From the NCBI GenBank assembly GCA_963752595.1, contig CAVVYZ010000002.1, forward strand, positions 64,001 to 128,000: a stretch of 64,000 bases of DNA, in the 5' to 3' direction. The notes under the pieces are model-generated. The model was not told the DNA's origin. It saw only the letters and a list, made by a program, of their open reading frames with translations, and did not search any database. The translations under genes were made by a program, and so were the position numbers. Shown piece by piece: positions 52,127-62,667 of this stretch (positions are counted from its first letter, which is position 1; each line of letters opens with the position of its first letter). Source of the stretch: an uncultured delta proteobacterium (GTDB lineage Bacteria > Desulfobacterota > Desulfomonilia > UBA1062).

Positions 52127-52441
52127 CGTTGCATATGCAGCAGGGAGCCCGCGGTGGAGATACCATGAGCTTTCTGATGAGCCTTGCTCCCGCTGATCCT
52201 CATTTTTATCGTATTCTATTTCCTCCTGATCATGCCTCAGCAGAAGAAGGCAAAACAGCATAAACAGATGCTGGAAAGCATTCAAAAAGGTGATGATGTG
52301 ATCACCAGCGGCGGGATACACGGCAAGGTGGTGGGTATCACGGATCAGGTGCTCACCCTAGATGTGGGTGAAAAGGTGAAGATCAAGGTCTCCAGGGAAT
52401 TCATCGCACTGAAGAAGAGTGGCGAAGAGACACAAAAATAA
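52116..52441 (+). CDS. yajC: Preprotein translocase subunit YajC (5' frameshift)
   Basis: 'FYFLLIMPQQKK', 'GDDVITSGGIHG'. Confidence 0.9.
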
Positions 52442-52455
52442 GTCCGGGGGTTAGA

Positions 52456-54044
52456 ATGAACAAGTTGAAAATTCAAGGGGGTACTCATCCTGCTGGTGCT
52501 ATGGTGGGATTGATTTATTGCAATTCCCAGCTTCCTGGGAAAAACAGAAATTCCCGAAGGATGGATCGGCCCCAAGTAGCAAGATAAAGCTGGGGCTCGA
52601 TCTGCAGGGAGGCATGCATCTGGTCCTCAAGGTGGATCACGATAAAGGCTGTGGAGAGCAGGATCAACGCATCGCAGCCGACCTCAAGACCCAGATGATC
52701 AATGACCGGATCCACTACAGCAAGGCTGGATCTGTTTCGACCTGATACCATGCAGGTGAGCTTAGGGGCAAGCGATGAATATGACAAGCTCGAACAAGCT
52801 CGTCATCAGATACGTACCCCTATCCTGACAGAGACCAATAAGATACAAGCGCCCGGAAGGCAGCATTGCCGTAACCTACAATGAATCCCAGCAGGAGGCT
52901 GCAGAACATCAGGAAGCAGGCTGTGCACCAGGCTCTGGAGACCATCCGCAACCGGATCGACCAGTACGGGGTGAGCGAGCCTTCCATTATCCCCCAAGGA
53001 AATGACAGGATCGTGCTCCAGCTTCCCGGCATAACCGACCCCGAAAGGGCGAAGAAGATCATCGGCAGGACAGCGCTCCTGGAGTTCAAGCTGGTTGATG
53101 AAGAGCACACCGCTGGAAGTGCATGTCGGGCAACGTCCGCAGGGGAGCTATGTTGCCAACATGAAGGACGGTAATCAGCCGATCCTCCTCAAGCAGCAGA
53201 CCGTCATGACCGGTGCATGCTTCTCGAGATGCCGGGTGAAGATCCAGAGCTACATATAACGAGCCATACGTCGCCATATCATTCAATAAGGAAGGCGCCA
53301 GCATATTCGAGCGGGTAACGAGTGAGAATGTGGGGAAGAGGCTTGCCATCCTCCTGGACGGAAGAGTTACTTCCGCCCCTGTGATAAGGGAAGCCATATC
53401 GGGCGGCAGTGCCATAATAGAAGGACAGTTTCACCATGGAGGAGGCAAGCGACCTGGCGATTATCCTGAGGGCCGGATCGCTGCCCGCGCCGGTGAATAT
53501 CCTTGAAGAGCGGACCGTAGGGCCGTCCCTTGGTCGTGACTCCATCCAAAAAGGGATCATCGCATGTGCCTAATCGGCGGCATTCTCGTAATCATCTTCA
53601 TGGGAGTGTACTACAAGTTTTCCGGCGTGATCGCCAATCTTGCCCTGGTCTTCAATATCATACTTCTTATCGGGATCCTTGCGCATTTTCGTGCGGTTTT
53701 GACGCTGCCCGGTATTGCGGGCATCGTGCTCACCATCGGTATGGCAGTGGACGCGAACGTGCTTGTTTATGAGAGGATAAGGGAGGAGATCAGGCTGGGA
53801 AGGACAGCCGAAGATGGCGATTGAGGCCGGATACAGCAATGCCCTGTCCGCGATAGTCGATTCGAACATAACGACCCTCATAGCAGCGGTCGTCCTGTTC
53901 CAGTTCGGTACAGGACCCATAAGGGGATTTGCAGTCACCCTGTCGGTCGGCATTATCTCCTCTATGTTCACAGCCCTCATTGTTGTCAAGTGGATCCAGG
54001 AGTGGCTGGTAAACTATAAGAAAATCGAACGGATCAGTATTTAG
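52456..54044 (+). CDS. secD: Protein translocase subunit SecD (multiply frameshifted)
   Basis: 'LGLDLQGG', '[13 protein letters not shown]', 'LAILLDG', '[20 protein letters not shown]', 'DSNITT', 'RGFAVTL'. Confidence 0.9.
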
Positions 54045-54053
54045 GAGGGTTTC

Positions 54054-54956
54054 ATGGAGTTGATACGACCAGGAATCCACATTGAGTTCATGAAATACAA
54101 CAAGATCACCACCTGTATCTCGGTTGTATTTTTGATAATATGTCTCATCTCAATATTCTTTGTCAGAGGATTGAACTACGGGATAGATTTTTCCGGCGGG
54201 ACAGAGATCCAAGTGGCCTTCAATAAGGCAGTTAAAACAGACGATATCAGGGCGGCATTAAAACCTTTAGGATTTGCAGGAGCAACCATACAAAGTATGG
54301 GCATTTCAAGCGACAATGAGTTCCTCATCCGAACCAGCACCGAAGGTGATGTCGGTTATCAAACTGCCAAGAAGATAGAGGGCGCTCTGAAAAATGCCTT
54401 CGGGGCAAAAGATGTAGATATCAGAGGGACAAATATGGTGGGCTCGGCAGTGAGCGAGGACCTCAAAAAGAAGGGTTTCTTTTCCTTGTTGTACGCAGGG
54501 ATCGGGCTTCTCATCTACATATGGTGGCGCTTTGAGTTTAGCTTTTCCGTCGGGGCAATAGCCGCACTGGTTCATGATGTAATAGTAACGGTCGGCATGT
54601 TTTCTCTTACAGGCAAAGAGATCGACCTTACCGTTATTGCCGCCTTGCTTACTATCGTGGGATTTTCCCTGAATGATACAATAGTAATTTTCGATAGAGT
54701 TCGTGAAAATCTTAAAAAGTTGACCGGATCTGTCGAACTCTCCACAGTGATGGACAGCAGTGTATCGCAGACGCTGAACAGAACGATCCTTACTTCTTTT
54801 ACCGTGTTTGTCACTATCCTGTGTCTCTTCCTGCTCGGCGGAAGCGTTATCCATAATTTCGCCTTTGCAATGATTGTAGGGGTGATATCAGGTGTATACT
54901 CCACCGTGTTCATTGCAAATCCGGTCGTACTTCTCTTTAACCGGATTAAGAAATAA
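54054..54956 (+). CDS. secF: Protein translocase subunit SecF
   Basis: 'GIDFSGG', 'HDV', 'GFSLNDTIVIFDRVRE', 'RTILTS', 'YSTVFIA'. Confidence 0.95.
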   Translation: MELIRPGIHIEFMKYNKITTCISVVFLIICLISIFFVRGLNYGIDFSGGTEIQVAFNKAVKTDDIRAALKPLGFAGATIQSMGISSDNEFLIRTSTEGDVGYQTAKKIEGALKNAFGAKDVDIRGTNMVGSAVSEDLKKKGFFSLLYAGIGLLIYIWWRFEFSFSVGAIAALVHDVIVTVGMFSLTGKEIDLTVIAALLTIVGFSLNDTIVIFDRVRENLKKLTGSVELSTVMDSSVSQTLNRTILTSFTVFVTILCLFLLGGSVIHNFAFAMIVGVISGVYSTVFIANPVVLLFNRIKK

Positions 54957-54965
54957 GACCTATTC

Positions 54966-54988
54966 AGGGAGGCAGTTTCTGCCTCCCT
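54966..54988 (+). terminator. Terminator after secF
   Basis: AGGGAGGCAG-TTT-CTGCCTCCCT. Confidence 0.7.
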
Positions 54989-55214
54989 TATTCTTCTCAT
55001 CCCCTGTAAGTCTGCTCCAAAAACCGCTCATAACAAATCTTCATATCCAGCAGAAAAACCTCCGCATGGCCTTTTAGAGGCGATCGTTAGATCATATTAT
55101 TCTATTATCAGTTTCATATGATTAATATACAGATTCGTAACCAGCGTTACCAAATTTATCAGTATATCAATTCATGATCAATGGTAACTATCTGAAATAA
55201 TAAATCAAATATAC

Positions 55215-55230
55215 TGGCATGCATTTTGAG
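55215..55230 (+). promoter_or_regulatory. Sigma54-like promoter for the FN3 protein
   Basis: TGGCATGCATTTTGAG (first 12 nt identical to the site at 15334) after an AT-rich tract. Confidence 0.5.
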
Positions 55231-55248
55231 AATAAAGCCGGCATGAAG

Positions 55249-56424
55249 ATGACAAATGTGATTAAAAAAATGATGATGGTTCTGGTTTTTGTGGGGATGG
55301 TAAGTGTTGCTCATGGTGCTACCGTGAGGATAAGCTGGAATGGAAACAGTGAGTCCGATCTAGCCGGATATAAGGTCTACTACGGTACGACAAGCGGCTC
55401 ATATTCCAAGATTATCAATGCCGGCCTTAATACAAGCGCGGATGTCCCGGCCCTTACCGCGGGTGTCACGTATTATTTTGCCGTTACAGCTATTGATACC
55501 TCGAACAATGAGAGCGGTTTCTCCCAGGAAGCCCATGCAACGATCCCGGAACAGCTGGGTGATCAGGGTAATGGACTCCCGGCCGATTCTGACCTGGACG
55601 GAATTCCGGATAGTATGGAAGAGCTCTGGGGGCTTAACCCGTCAAATCCGATGGATTCGCTGATGGATTCAGATGGAGACGGAGTGGTTAACCTCGTTGA
55701 ATTCATGGCCGGGACATCCGCCGTAAATGCTGCCGATTATCCAAACACTGATAACGTACTCAAGGATATCATCGGGGAAGTGGGAGAGGTGATCGATCTG
55801 GCCGAAGTGAATTCCGGCAACTATACCATCGTGCCTCTTACTAATGCATATCCGGCACCGGCGCAGAACACCATTACAATAAATAACCCGGGCGCTTACC
55901 TGTACAATGTTATCGATGGGCAGTCACTCCTCGTCTATCGTCTCAGAGTTTCCGTCACGGACGAGTTGTCGGTGATAGGAGCATTTGAGCCTGGTTCCTT
56001 CCTGGATATCGCTGATGATGTATTCGGTATCCGGGTTGAGCTCCCCGAAGACGCCATGATTCGCAATGTTCCCATCGGAATAGGAAGTACAACTGCAGCA
56101 GCAGCCTCGGCAGTGCAGTATAAGAATGGAACGTTCGAGTTCGATATTCTCCCTTATGGCCTTGTACTGGCGAAGCCGGCTGTTATTACGGTGAACTGCG
56201 ACGACGGGAAACCAACGGTGAAGCGCTATGACAGTGCAAATGATTCCTGGGTCGACGTGAGCAACGTTGCTGCATCAGATGGGAAGGTAAGCTTTTCTTC
56301 CGATCAACTCGGCACATTCAAGATTGTCACCAGTGAAGCGGCAGATAACCAAGTCCCTGTCACTGATGGAGGAGGATCAGGTGGCGGCGGCGGAGGTTGC
56401 TTCATCTCGACAGCCGGGTTCTGA
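55249..56424 (+). CDS. Secreted fibronectin type III protein with Ca-binding DxDxDG repeats and Gly-rich CFI C-terminal tag (start approximate)
   Basis: Signal peptide; FN3 'W......DLAGYKVYYG...YYFAVTAID..NESGFS'; 'DSDLDGIPD', 'DSDGDG'; ends 'GGGSGGGGGGCFISTAGF'. Confidence 0.8.
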   Translation: MTNVIKKMMMVLVFVGMVSVAHGATVRISWNGNSESDLAGYKVYYGTTSGSYSKIINAGLNTSADVPALTAGVTYYFAVTAIDTSNNESGFSQEAHATIPEQLGDQGNGLPADSDLDGIPDSMEELWGLNPSNPMDSLMDSDGDGVVNLVEFMAGTSAVNAADYPNTDNVLKDIIGEVGEVIDLAEVNSGNYTIVPLTNAYPAPAQNTITINNPGAYLYNVIDGQSLLVYRLRVSVTDELSVIGAFEPGSFLDIADDVFGIRVELPEDAMIRNVPIGIGSTTAAAASAVQYKNGTFEFDILPYGLVLAKPAVITVNCDDGKPTVKRYDSANDSWVDVSNVAASDGKVSFSSDQLGTFKIVTSEAADNQVPVTDGGGSGGGGGGCFISTAGF

Positions 56425-56472
56425 TGCATAAAGAAATGAATTTGGAATATTATAAAATCATATAAGATTTTC

Positions 56473-56514
56473 AACAAGAAGCTCCCTGCAGCAGATGGCA
56501 GGGAGCTTCTTGTT
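56473..56514. terminator. Bidirectional terminator
   Basis: AACAAGAAGCTCCCTGC...GCAGGGAGCTTCTTGTT. Confidence 0.8.
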
Positions 56515-58399
56515 ATTGATGTTTCAGGACAGACTCGCTTTTTTCCGAAAATGGGATTTCCAGCTCGTATACCCCGTACTCCAGGTTGGTCTTAACCGGA
56601 TAACCGGTTTTCGTAAAAACCTTCATCATCGGCGTGTTCTGTGAGAGTACATCTGCAGTAAAACCCTTGATATCTTTTTCCCTGGCAATTCTTATGAGAT
56701 ACTGAAGGAGAAACGTTCCTATGCCCCTGTTCTGCCAGTCATGGTCCGTCGTGAAAGCAACCTCGGCAAAGTCGGTATTGGGGTCTCTCACGTAGCGGCC
56801 TACGGCAACGATCTTTTCCTTGCTTTCAGGTTCCTCCTTGCCCACAACGGCAGCAATCGCCATCTTGTCATGGTAATCTATGGCTGCCATGGGCATTGCT
56901 ACTTTATGGGTAAACGATTTGAGGCTCTGGAAGAACCTAGTATAGACATCCTGCACCGGGAGGGCATAGACGAGGTCTTGAATGGCTCTTTCATCAGTGG
57001 GTTTTACCGGCCGGAAGAAAATCTCCTGCCCTTTTTTATCCGTCCAATAAGTCTCGTACTCTTTTGGGTAAAAGATTGCCGGCAGAATCTGGTCTTTAAA
57101 TACATATTTTTGTCCTTTTGCCGCCGCCAGCAAATCTTCTCTGAAATTTGGATGGGCGATGTTGATGAGAGACATGGCTCTGTCCCTGATGGACTTCCCG
57201 TGTACGTAAGCCACGCCGTATTCCGTTACCACATAGTGTATATCGCCTCTGGTGACAGTGACCCCGCTGCCCGGCTCGAGGCATGGAACAATCCGTGAAC
57301 TCTTGCCATCATCTGTTGTTGAAGGTAATGTCATGATCGATTTGCCGCGGCGCGACATGGAAGAACCACGGACAAAATCCACCTGGCCTCCTATCCCGCT
57401 ATAAAAGCGGACGCCAAGCGAATCGGAACTCACCTGTCCGGTGAGATCCACGGATAAAGCAGCGTTAATGGAGACCATCTTATCGTTCTGGGCTATGATA
57501 TAGGGATCATTCACATATTTGCAGGGGTGGAATTCGAAGAACGGGTTGTTGTCAACATATTCATACAGGCGTTTTGTGCCCATGCAGAAAGCTGCAATTA
57601 TCTTTCCGGGGTGAAGAGTCTTCTTCTTGCAGGTTACCACGCCGGCTTCGATGAGATCAATGACGCCATCGGAAAAGGTCTCAGTATGGATTCCGAGATC
57701 TCTTTTATTCATGAGGCAGAGCAATGCTGTGCTCGGTATCCTGCCCACACCTGTCTGGATCGTGGATTCGTTTTCGATAAGTTCTGCAATATGCTCCCCT
57801 ATACTCCGGATAATGTCTCCGGGTATCTTCTGGTAGAATTCGAGCAGAGGCAGATCGTTTTCTACAAAGGCATCGATATCGCTCACGTGGAGGAAGCTGT
57901 CTCCAAGGGTTCTCGGCATGTTGGGATTCACCTCGGCAACGACGTAATCAGCCACCTCGGCAGCGGTCTTGGTGATATCGACTGAGATGCCGAGGCTTAC
58001 GTAGCCGTTTTTGTCAGGAAGTGAAACTGTAATGAGGGCTGCATCAAGATGCATCCTTCCCCTGAGCATGAGCAGCGGGATTTCCGAGAGAAAGATGGGA
58101 GTGTAGTCGGCCCTCCCTTCCTGGATGGCAGCCCTCGTACTCGATCCGATGAACAGGGCATTATGCCGGAAGCTATCAATGAATTTTTCATCGATATACG
58201 GTGCGGATCCGATGTCCAGGAGGTGGATAACTTCTGCATCCGCCATGTTCGGAGCAATATCGATGAGTGTGCGTACGAGAAGCTGAGGCTCTCCGCAGGC
58301 TGAACCGAGAAAAATACGAGAGCCTTTTCTGATCTTTGATAAAGCTTCTCTCGGAGTTGAGTGCCTGCTTTCATAGAGTTCTTTCCAGTTGTAGATCAT
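56513..58399 (-). CDS. Acetyl-CoA hydrolase/4-hydroxybutyrate CoA-transferase fused to a C-terminal GNAT domain
   Basis: 'ACGEP', 'EVNPNMPRTLG', 'IHTE', 'SGIGGQVDF', 'VTEYG'; GNAT 'AEVAF...WQNRGIGT'. Likely start MIYNW at 58399. Confidence 0.9.
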   Translation of the reverse strand: MIYNWKELYESRHSTPREALSKIRKGSRIFLGSACGEPQLLVRTLIDIAPNMADAEVIHLLDIGSAPYIDEKFIDSFRHNALFIGSSTRAAIQEGRADYTPIFLSEIPLLMLRGRMHLDAALITVSLPDKNGYVSLGISVDITKTAAEVADYVVAEVNPNMPRTLGDSFLHVSDIDAFVENDLPLLEFYQKIPGDIIRSIGEHIAELIENESTIQTGVGRIPSTALLCLMNKRDLGIHTETFSDGVIDLIEAGVVTCKKKTLHPGKIIAAFCMGTKRLYEYVDNNPFFEFHPCKYVNDPYIIAQNDKMVSINAALSVDLTGQVSSDSLGVRFYSGIGGQVDFVRGSSMSRRGKSIMTLPSTTDDGKSSRIVPCLEPGSGVTVTRGDIHYVVTEYGVAYVHGKSIRDRAMSLINIAHPNFREDLLAAAKGQKYVFKDQILPAIFYPKEYETYWTDKKGQEIFFRPVKPTDERAIQDLVYALPVQDVYTRFFQSLKSFTHKVAMPMAAIDYHDKMAIAAVVGKEEPESKEKIVAVGRYVRDPNTDFAEVAFTTDHDWQNRGIGTFLLQYLIRIAREKDIKGFTADVLSQNTPMMKVFTKTGYPVKTNLEYGVYELEIPFSEKSESVLKHQ

Positions 58400-58646
58400 A
58401 CTGTGAAAAAGAATAGGGCTTTTACAGAGGATATCAATCATATCTGCCTTGAATCCCTCTATATGACGGGTTGGAGTAATATGAGCATGAAGTGATTGGG
58501 TTGCAATATTATCCCAGGTATGTCTATAAGATCCTTCACAAGTCTCCGTCTCTTCCGGGTACCAAAACCGGGTAAGGGGAGATACGTTGTGACGGTAGGC
58601 TGGTATATACACCGCTTACATCAGGCAGCCTGCGAAGCGTCAAGAT

Positions 58647-59465
58647 ATGGTTTGGATGTTTGATGAGAAGGTAAAAAAGAGCGTCGTGACAGAAATATCT
58701 GCATGCATGATTACATTCAATAATTCGAGGACTGTGGAAAAGGCGCTTCAAAGCGTCTCCTCCTGGGTCTCGGAGCTGATCGTAGTGGATTCTTTCAGTA
58801 CGGATGGGACCTTTGAGATCGCCAGGAGATATGCCACCCTGTGCGAACAGCGGCAATGGCCCGGCTTCAGGGATCAGTATAACTACTGCATCTCCAAGGC
58901 AAAGAACGACTGGGTGCTCTTTCTGGATGCGGATGAAGAAGTATCTCCGGAATTGGCCGAAGAGATCCGGCAGAGGTTCGAGCAGGATGCATGCGCTTAT
59001 GACGGCTATATAGCTCATCGGAGGAATTTCTATCTCGGCAGATGGATCCTGCACGGCGGCTGGGTGCCTGATTACGAGATCAGAATTTTCAGGAAATCGA
59101 AAGGTGCTTTTGAAGGCGCCCTGCACGCGAATGTAAAGATGAAGGGTAAAACAGGAGAACTCAAAAACTATTATTATCACTACAATTACCGTGACATTGC
59201 CGATCAGATCGATACCATCAACCGCTATTCCAAGACCGCTGCGGAAGATATGATGCGGGAAGGCAAACGGTTTTCGTACATTGATCTTTTATTGCGGCCC
59301 CCCATTCGGTTCATCAAGGAGTATATTTTCAAGAGGGGGCTTTTGGATGGCACAGCAGGGCTCGTGATTGCCGTTTCCACCATGTACTATGTGTTTGCCA
59401 AATATGCAAAGCTATGGGAGTTGGAAAGGGGTAGAGGAAAAGGGAATGGAAGAGATCTTTCATAA
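58647..59465 (+). CDS. Glycosyltransferase family 2 (WaaE/KdtX-like)
   Basis: 'VVDSFSTDGT', 'WVLFLDADE', 'GLLDG.AG', 'KYAKLWE'. Confidence 0.9.
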   Translation: MVWMFDEKVKKSVVTEISACMITFNNSRTVEKALQSVSSWVSELIVVDSFSTDGTFEIARRYATLCEQRQWPGFRDQYNYCISKAKNDWVLFLDADEEVSPELAEEIRQRFEQDACAYDGYIAHRRNFYLGRWILHGGWVPDYEIRIFRKSKGAFEGALHANVKMKGKTGELKNYYYHYNYRDIADQIDTINRYSKTAAEDMMREGKRFSYIDLLLRPPIRFIKEYIFKRGLLDGTAGLVIAVSTMYYVFAKYAKLWELERGRGKGNGRDLS

Positions 59466-60483
59466 ATATTACCAGGGAAAGAATGTCCTGATAACCGGGG
59501 GGCTAGGTTTTCTTGGGTCCAACCTCGCGATCGAGCTCGTAAACCTCGGGGCTTCGGTCTCCATTGTGGATAACATGCTCCCGAGGCAGGGCGGAAACCT
59601 TTTCAACATAGAGCCGGTCAAGGATAAGGTCAGGGTTAATTTCTCGGATGTGCGAAACCAGCTGTCCATGAACCATCTTGTCAAGGGTCAGGATGTGATT
59701 TTCCATCTGGCAGGCCAGGTAAATCACGTAGACTCCATGAAAAACCCTGTGCTGGACCTCGAGATCAACTGTCATGGGACTTTGACACTCATGCAGTCCC
59801 TGAAAAATCATAACAGGAAGGCTATTGTCATCTATTCAGGCACCAGGGGAGAGTACGGTTCGAGCGTGAAGTTGCCCGTGAACGAAGACCATCCTACCAA
59901 CCCCAAGGGGCTTTATGCAGTCACGAACCTTGCTGCGGAGAAGATAATCCTCGTTTACCATGAGATTTATAAAATACCTGCTGTCTGCATGAGGATCACG
60001 AACACCTACGGCCCAAGGCATCAGATGATGCATGATGAATACGGCGTCTTCAACTGGTTTATTAAAAAGGCCATGGATGACGAAGCCCTGCCTGTTTTCG
60101 GGGACGGTACCATTATCCGGGATTTTCTCTACGTAGATGATCTCGTGGAGTGCATGCTCGCCGGAGCAATTTCGGATAAGGCATACGGCGAGGTGTTCAA
60201 CATAGGCTCAGGCATCCCTGTGACATTCCGGGAGATCGCCGAGAAGATCGTGAAGACCATCGGGAAGGGAAGCTACAAATTTACCGATTTTACGAAAGAG
60301 CGGGCAGAGGTAGAGCCCGGGGATTACTGGGCCGATATCACGAAGATAAAAAAGGCGATACGCTGGCAGCCGAAAATTTCTCTGGAAGAAGGTATTTCCA
60401 GGACGTATGAGTTCTATTCGCGCTACCGCCGGCATTACTGGATAGAGGACCAGATTCCCGCAAATGAAGATCCCATTCTCTGA
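59446..60483 (+). CDS. NAD-dependent nucleotide-sugar epimerase/dehydratase
   Basis: 'ITGGLGFLG', 'HLAGQ', 'NTYGP', 'RDFLYVDD'. Confidence 0.9.
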   Translation: MEEIFHKYYQGKNVLITGGLGFLGSNLAIELVNLGASVSIVDNMLPRQGGNLFNIEPVKDKVRVNFSDVRNQLSMNHLVKGQDVIFHLAGQVNHVDSMKNPVLDLEINCHGTLTLMQSLKNHNRKAIVIYSGTRGEYGSSVKLPVNEDHPTNPKGLYAVTNLAAEKIILVYHEIYKIPAVCMRITNTYGPRHQMMHDEYGVFNWFIKKAMDDEALPVFGDGTIIRDFLYVDDLVECMLAGAISDKAYGEVFNIGSGIPVTFREIAEKIVKTIGKGSYKFTDFTKERAEVEPGDYWADITKIKKAIRWQPKISLEEGISRTYEFYSRYRRHYWIEDQIPANEDPIL

Positions 60484-61561
60484 TTTCTCCAGGGAGACCG
60501 ACGAGATAGGAAGTAAGATCCGCTCAGCCTTGGATCGAGTTATCTCTTCGAATACCTTCGTCCTTGGGAACGAGGTAAAGCTCTTTGAAAAGGAGTTCGC
60601 GGAATTCTGCTCGTGCACCTACGGAGTCGGGCTGGCAACAGGCACTGATGCGCTCTTCCTTGCATTGAAGGCAATGGGGATAGGGCCTGGTGATGAAGTG
60701 ATCACGGTGTCCCATACCTTTGCCGCAACAGCCTTAGCTATTATTTATACCGGTGCCGCACCGGTTTTTATAGACATAGAAGAATCGTCATACCTCATGG
60801 ATCCCTCGCTCATCGAGGAGGCTGTCACCGATAAGACCAAGGCGGTGATCCCGGTGCATCTCTACGGCATGTGTGCCGACATGGATAAGATCAGGGAGAT
60901 CGCATCGAAATATAACCTCTTTGTTCTGGAAGACGCCTGTCAGGCACACGGAGCTCTGTACAAAGGAAGCCGTGCAGGATCATTGGGCGACGCTGCCGCA
61001 TTCAGCTTCTATCCCACCAAAAACCTAGGTGCCTACGGAGATGGCGGAATGGTCACGACAAGAGACTCGCAGCTCTACGAAAAACTTCTCCTGCTGAGGA
61101 ATTACGGGCAGAAGGACCGATATCATCATTTGATGGTGGGTTATAATTCGAGGCTGGATGAGATTCAGGCCGCTTTCTTGAGGGAGAAGCTAAGGCGCCT
61201 TGATGCATGGGTTGAGAGAAGGCAGGAAACGGCCCATGCTTACGATGCCGTCTTGGGCAGCATCAACCTGATTAAGAATTCACTTGCTCCTGGGAGCACC
61301 CATGCTTATCACCTCTATGTAATCTCGGTCAAAAATCGTGACGGTCTGCGTGACCACTTGAGCAGCAAGGGAATCCAGACTCTTATCCATTACCCGGTGC
61401 CTATTCACATGCAGCCCGCCTTCAGCCATGCCCATAGCCAAGGCGCTCTGAGCAATACGGAGAGGCGTTCCGGGCAGATCCTGAGTCTGCCGATGCATCC
61501 CTGGATCCGGGAGGATGAAATATCCTTTATCACTGAGAGCATCCGGGAGTATTACCGGTGA
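60464..61561 (+). CDS. DegT/DnrJ/EryC1/StrS aminotransferase
   Basis: 'PVHLYG', 'EDACQAHG', 'SFYPTKNLGAYGDGG', 'NSRLDE'. Confidence 0.93.
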   Translation: MKIPFSDFSRETDEIGSKIRSALDRVISSNTFVLGNEVKLFEKEFAEFCSCTYGVGLATGTDALFLALKAMGIGPGDEVITVSHTFAATALAIIYTGAAPVFIDIEESSYLMDPSLIEEAVTDKTKAVIPVHLYGMCADMDKIREIASKYNLFVLEDACQAHGALYKGSRAGSLGDAAAFSFYPTKNLGAYGDGGMVTTRDSQLYEKLLLLRNYGQKDRYHHLMVGYNSRLDEIQAAFLREKLRRLDAWVERRQETAHAYDAVLGSINLIKNSLAPGSTHAYHLYVISVKNRDGLRDHLSSKGIQTLIHYPVPIHMQPAFSHAHSQGALSNTERRSGQILSLPMHPWIREDEISFITESIREYYR

Positions 61562-62667
61562 AAGTCAGCATCGCAATCGAGAAGTATGACCCATCCGTAG
61601 GGGGTGCAGAGCGTTATTGCTGGGATTTTGCCAATCACCTTGCATCCAGGGGACATGAAGTTGCAATTATCTGCATGAAGGCAGCAGGGTCTCCCCATAA
61701 CTCGATCCGTATAATAAGGCTTCCGGTAGTCAGATTCCCCCAGTGCTTAAGGCACTTGAGCTTTGCAGTTCTCCATTATTTCCGGATAAGGAAGATGCAA
61801 GGCTTTATTCATTTCTGTGTGGGGAACACCTTTTCCATGGACATCTATCAGCCCCACGGTGGGGTGCACCGGGCATGGTTCCTCAAGGAAACCGTCAGGT
61901 ATGAGCTGCCGACCCGGCGCCTCGTCCGTCTACTGATGCGTATGTCTCTCAAGGACATGGTCCAGAGAACACTGGAATGGTGGACTTTCCGGGTAACCAG
62001 GCCTCAGGTGATTGCGATCTCGGAGATGGTAGCACAAGATATGAGAGAATTCTTTCACTATCCGCAGGATAAGATACATCTTATTCCAAACGGGGTGGAC
62101 GTCGAGAAGTACCGGCCCGAGCATAGAGTGCACCGGGAAACCATTCGTCAGAGATACGGCATCGACAAAGATGATTTCGTATTTCTGTTCGTTGCCCAGA
62201 ATCCCAGGCTCAAAGGGTACGACGTATTGATAAACGCCTGCCTTGAGCTTGCGCAATGGCCCTTTAAGGCCCTCATCATAGGGCATACAGATGCATGGAT
62301 GAAAGAAACGGCTAAACCCTTGGGCAACAAAATAATCTTCGGGGGCAGGGCAAATGATCTCCAAAGAGTATACCCTGCATGTGATTGTCTCGTTCATCCT
62401 ACCTACTATGACGCCTGCTCGTTGGTGGTTCTGGAGTCTCTTTCATCCGGTGTTCCCGTTATCACCACCAGTGTAAACGGTGCGAGTATGTATATAAATG
62501 AATCAAACGGGTTGGTTATTGATCCTGGAAACGTAGCAGATTTGTCCAGGGCTATGAAGGATATGATGACAAACAGTCGAGGCAGTGTGGGCGCCGGATC
62601 CTTCTTAAAAGACCATCGCACGGTTTTCTCGAACGTGGAAGAGATTTTGAAAAGCCATGAGCAATAA
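61558..62667 (+). CDS. Glycosyltransferase family 4 (WaaG-like)
   Basis: 'GGAERY', 'IPNGVD', 'PTYYDACSLVVLE...G.PVIT'. Confidence 0.88.
   Translation: MKVSIAIEKYDPSVGGAERYCWDFANHLASRGHEVAIICMKAAGSPHNSIRIIRLPVVRFPQCLRHLSFAVLHYFRIRKMQGFIHFCVGNTFSMDIYQPHGGVHRAWFLKETVRYELPTRRLVRLLMRMSLKDMVQRTLEWWTFRVTRPQVIAISEMVAQDMREFFHYPQDKIHLIPNGVDVEKYRPEHRVHRETIRQRYGIDKDDFVFLFVAQNPRLKGYDVLINACLELAQWPFKALIIGHTDAWMKETAKPLGNKIIFGGRANDLQRVYPACDCLVHPTYYDACSLVVLESLSSGVPVITTSVNGASMYINESNGLVIDPGNVADLSRAMKDMMTNSRGSVGAGSFLKDHRTVFSNVEEILKSHEQ

Noticed and set aside
56513-58399. Acetyl-CoA hydrolase-GNAT fusion as a novelty
   Set aside because: A known architecture in anaerobic bacteria; listed as a feature only.
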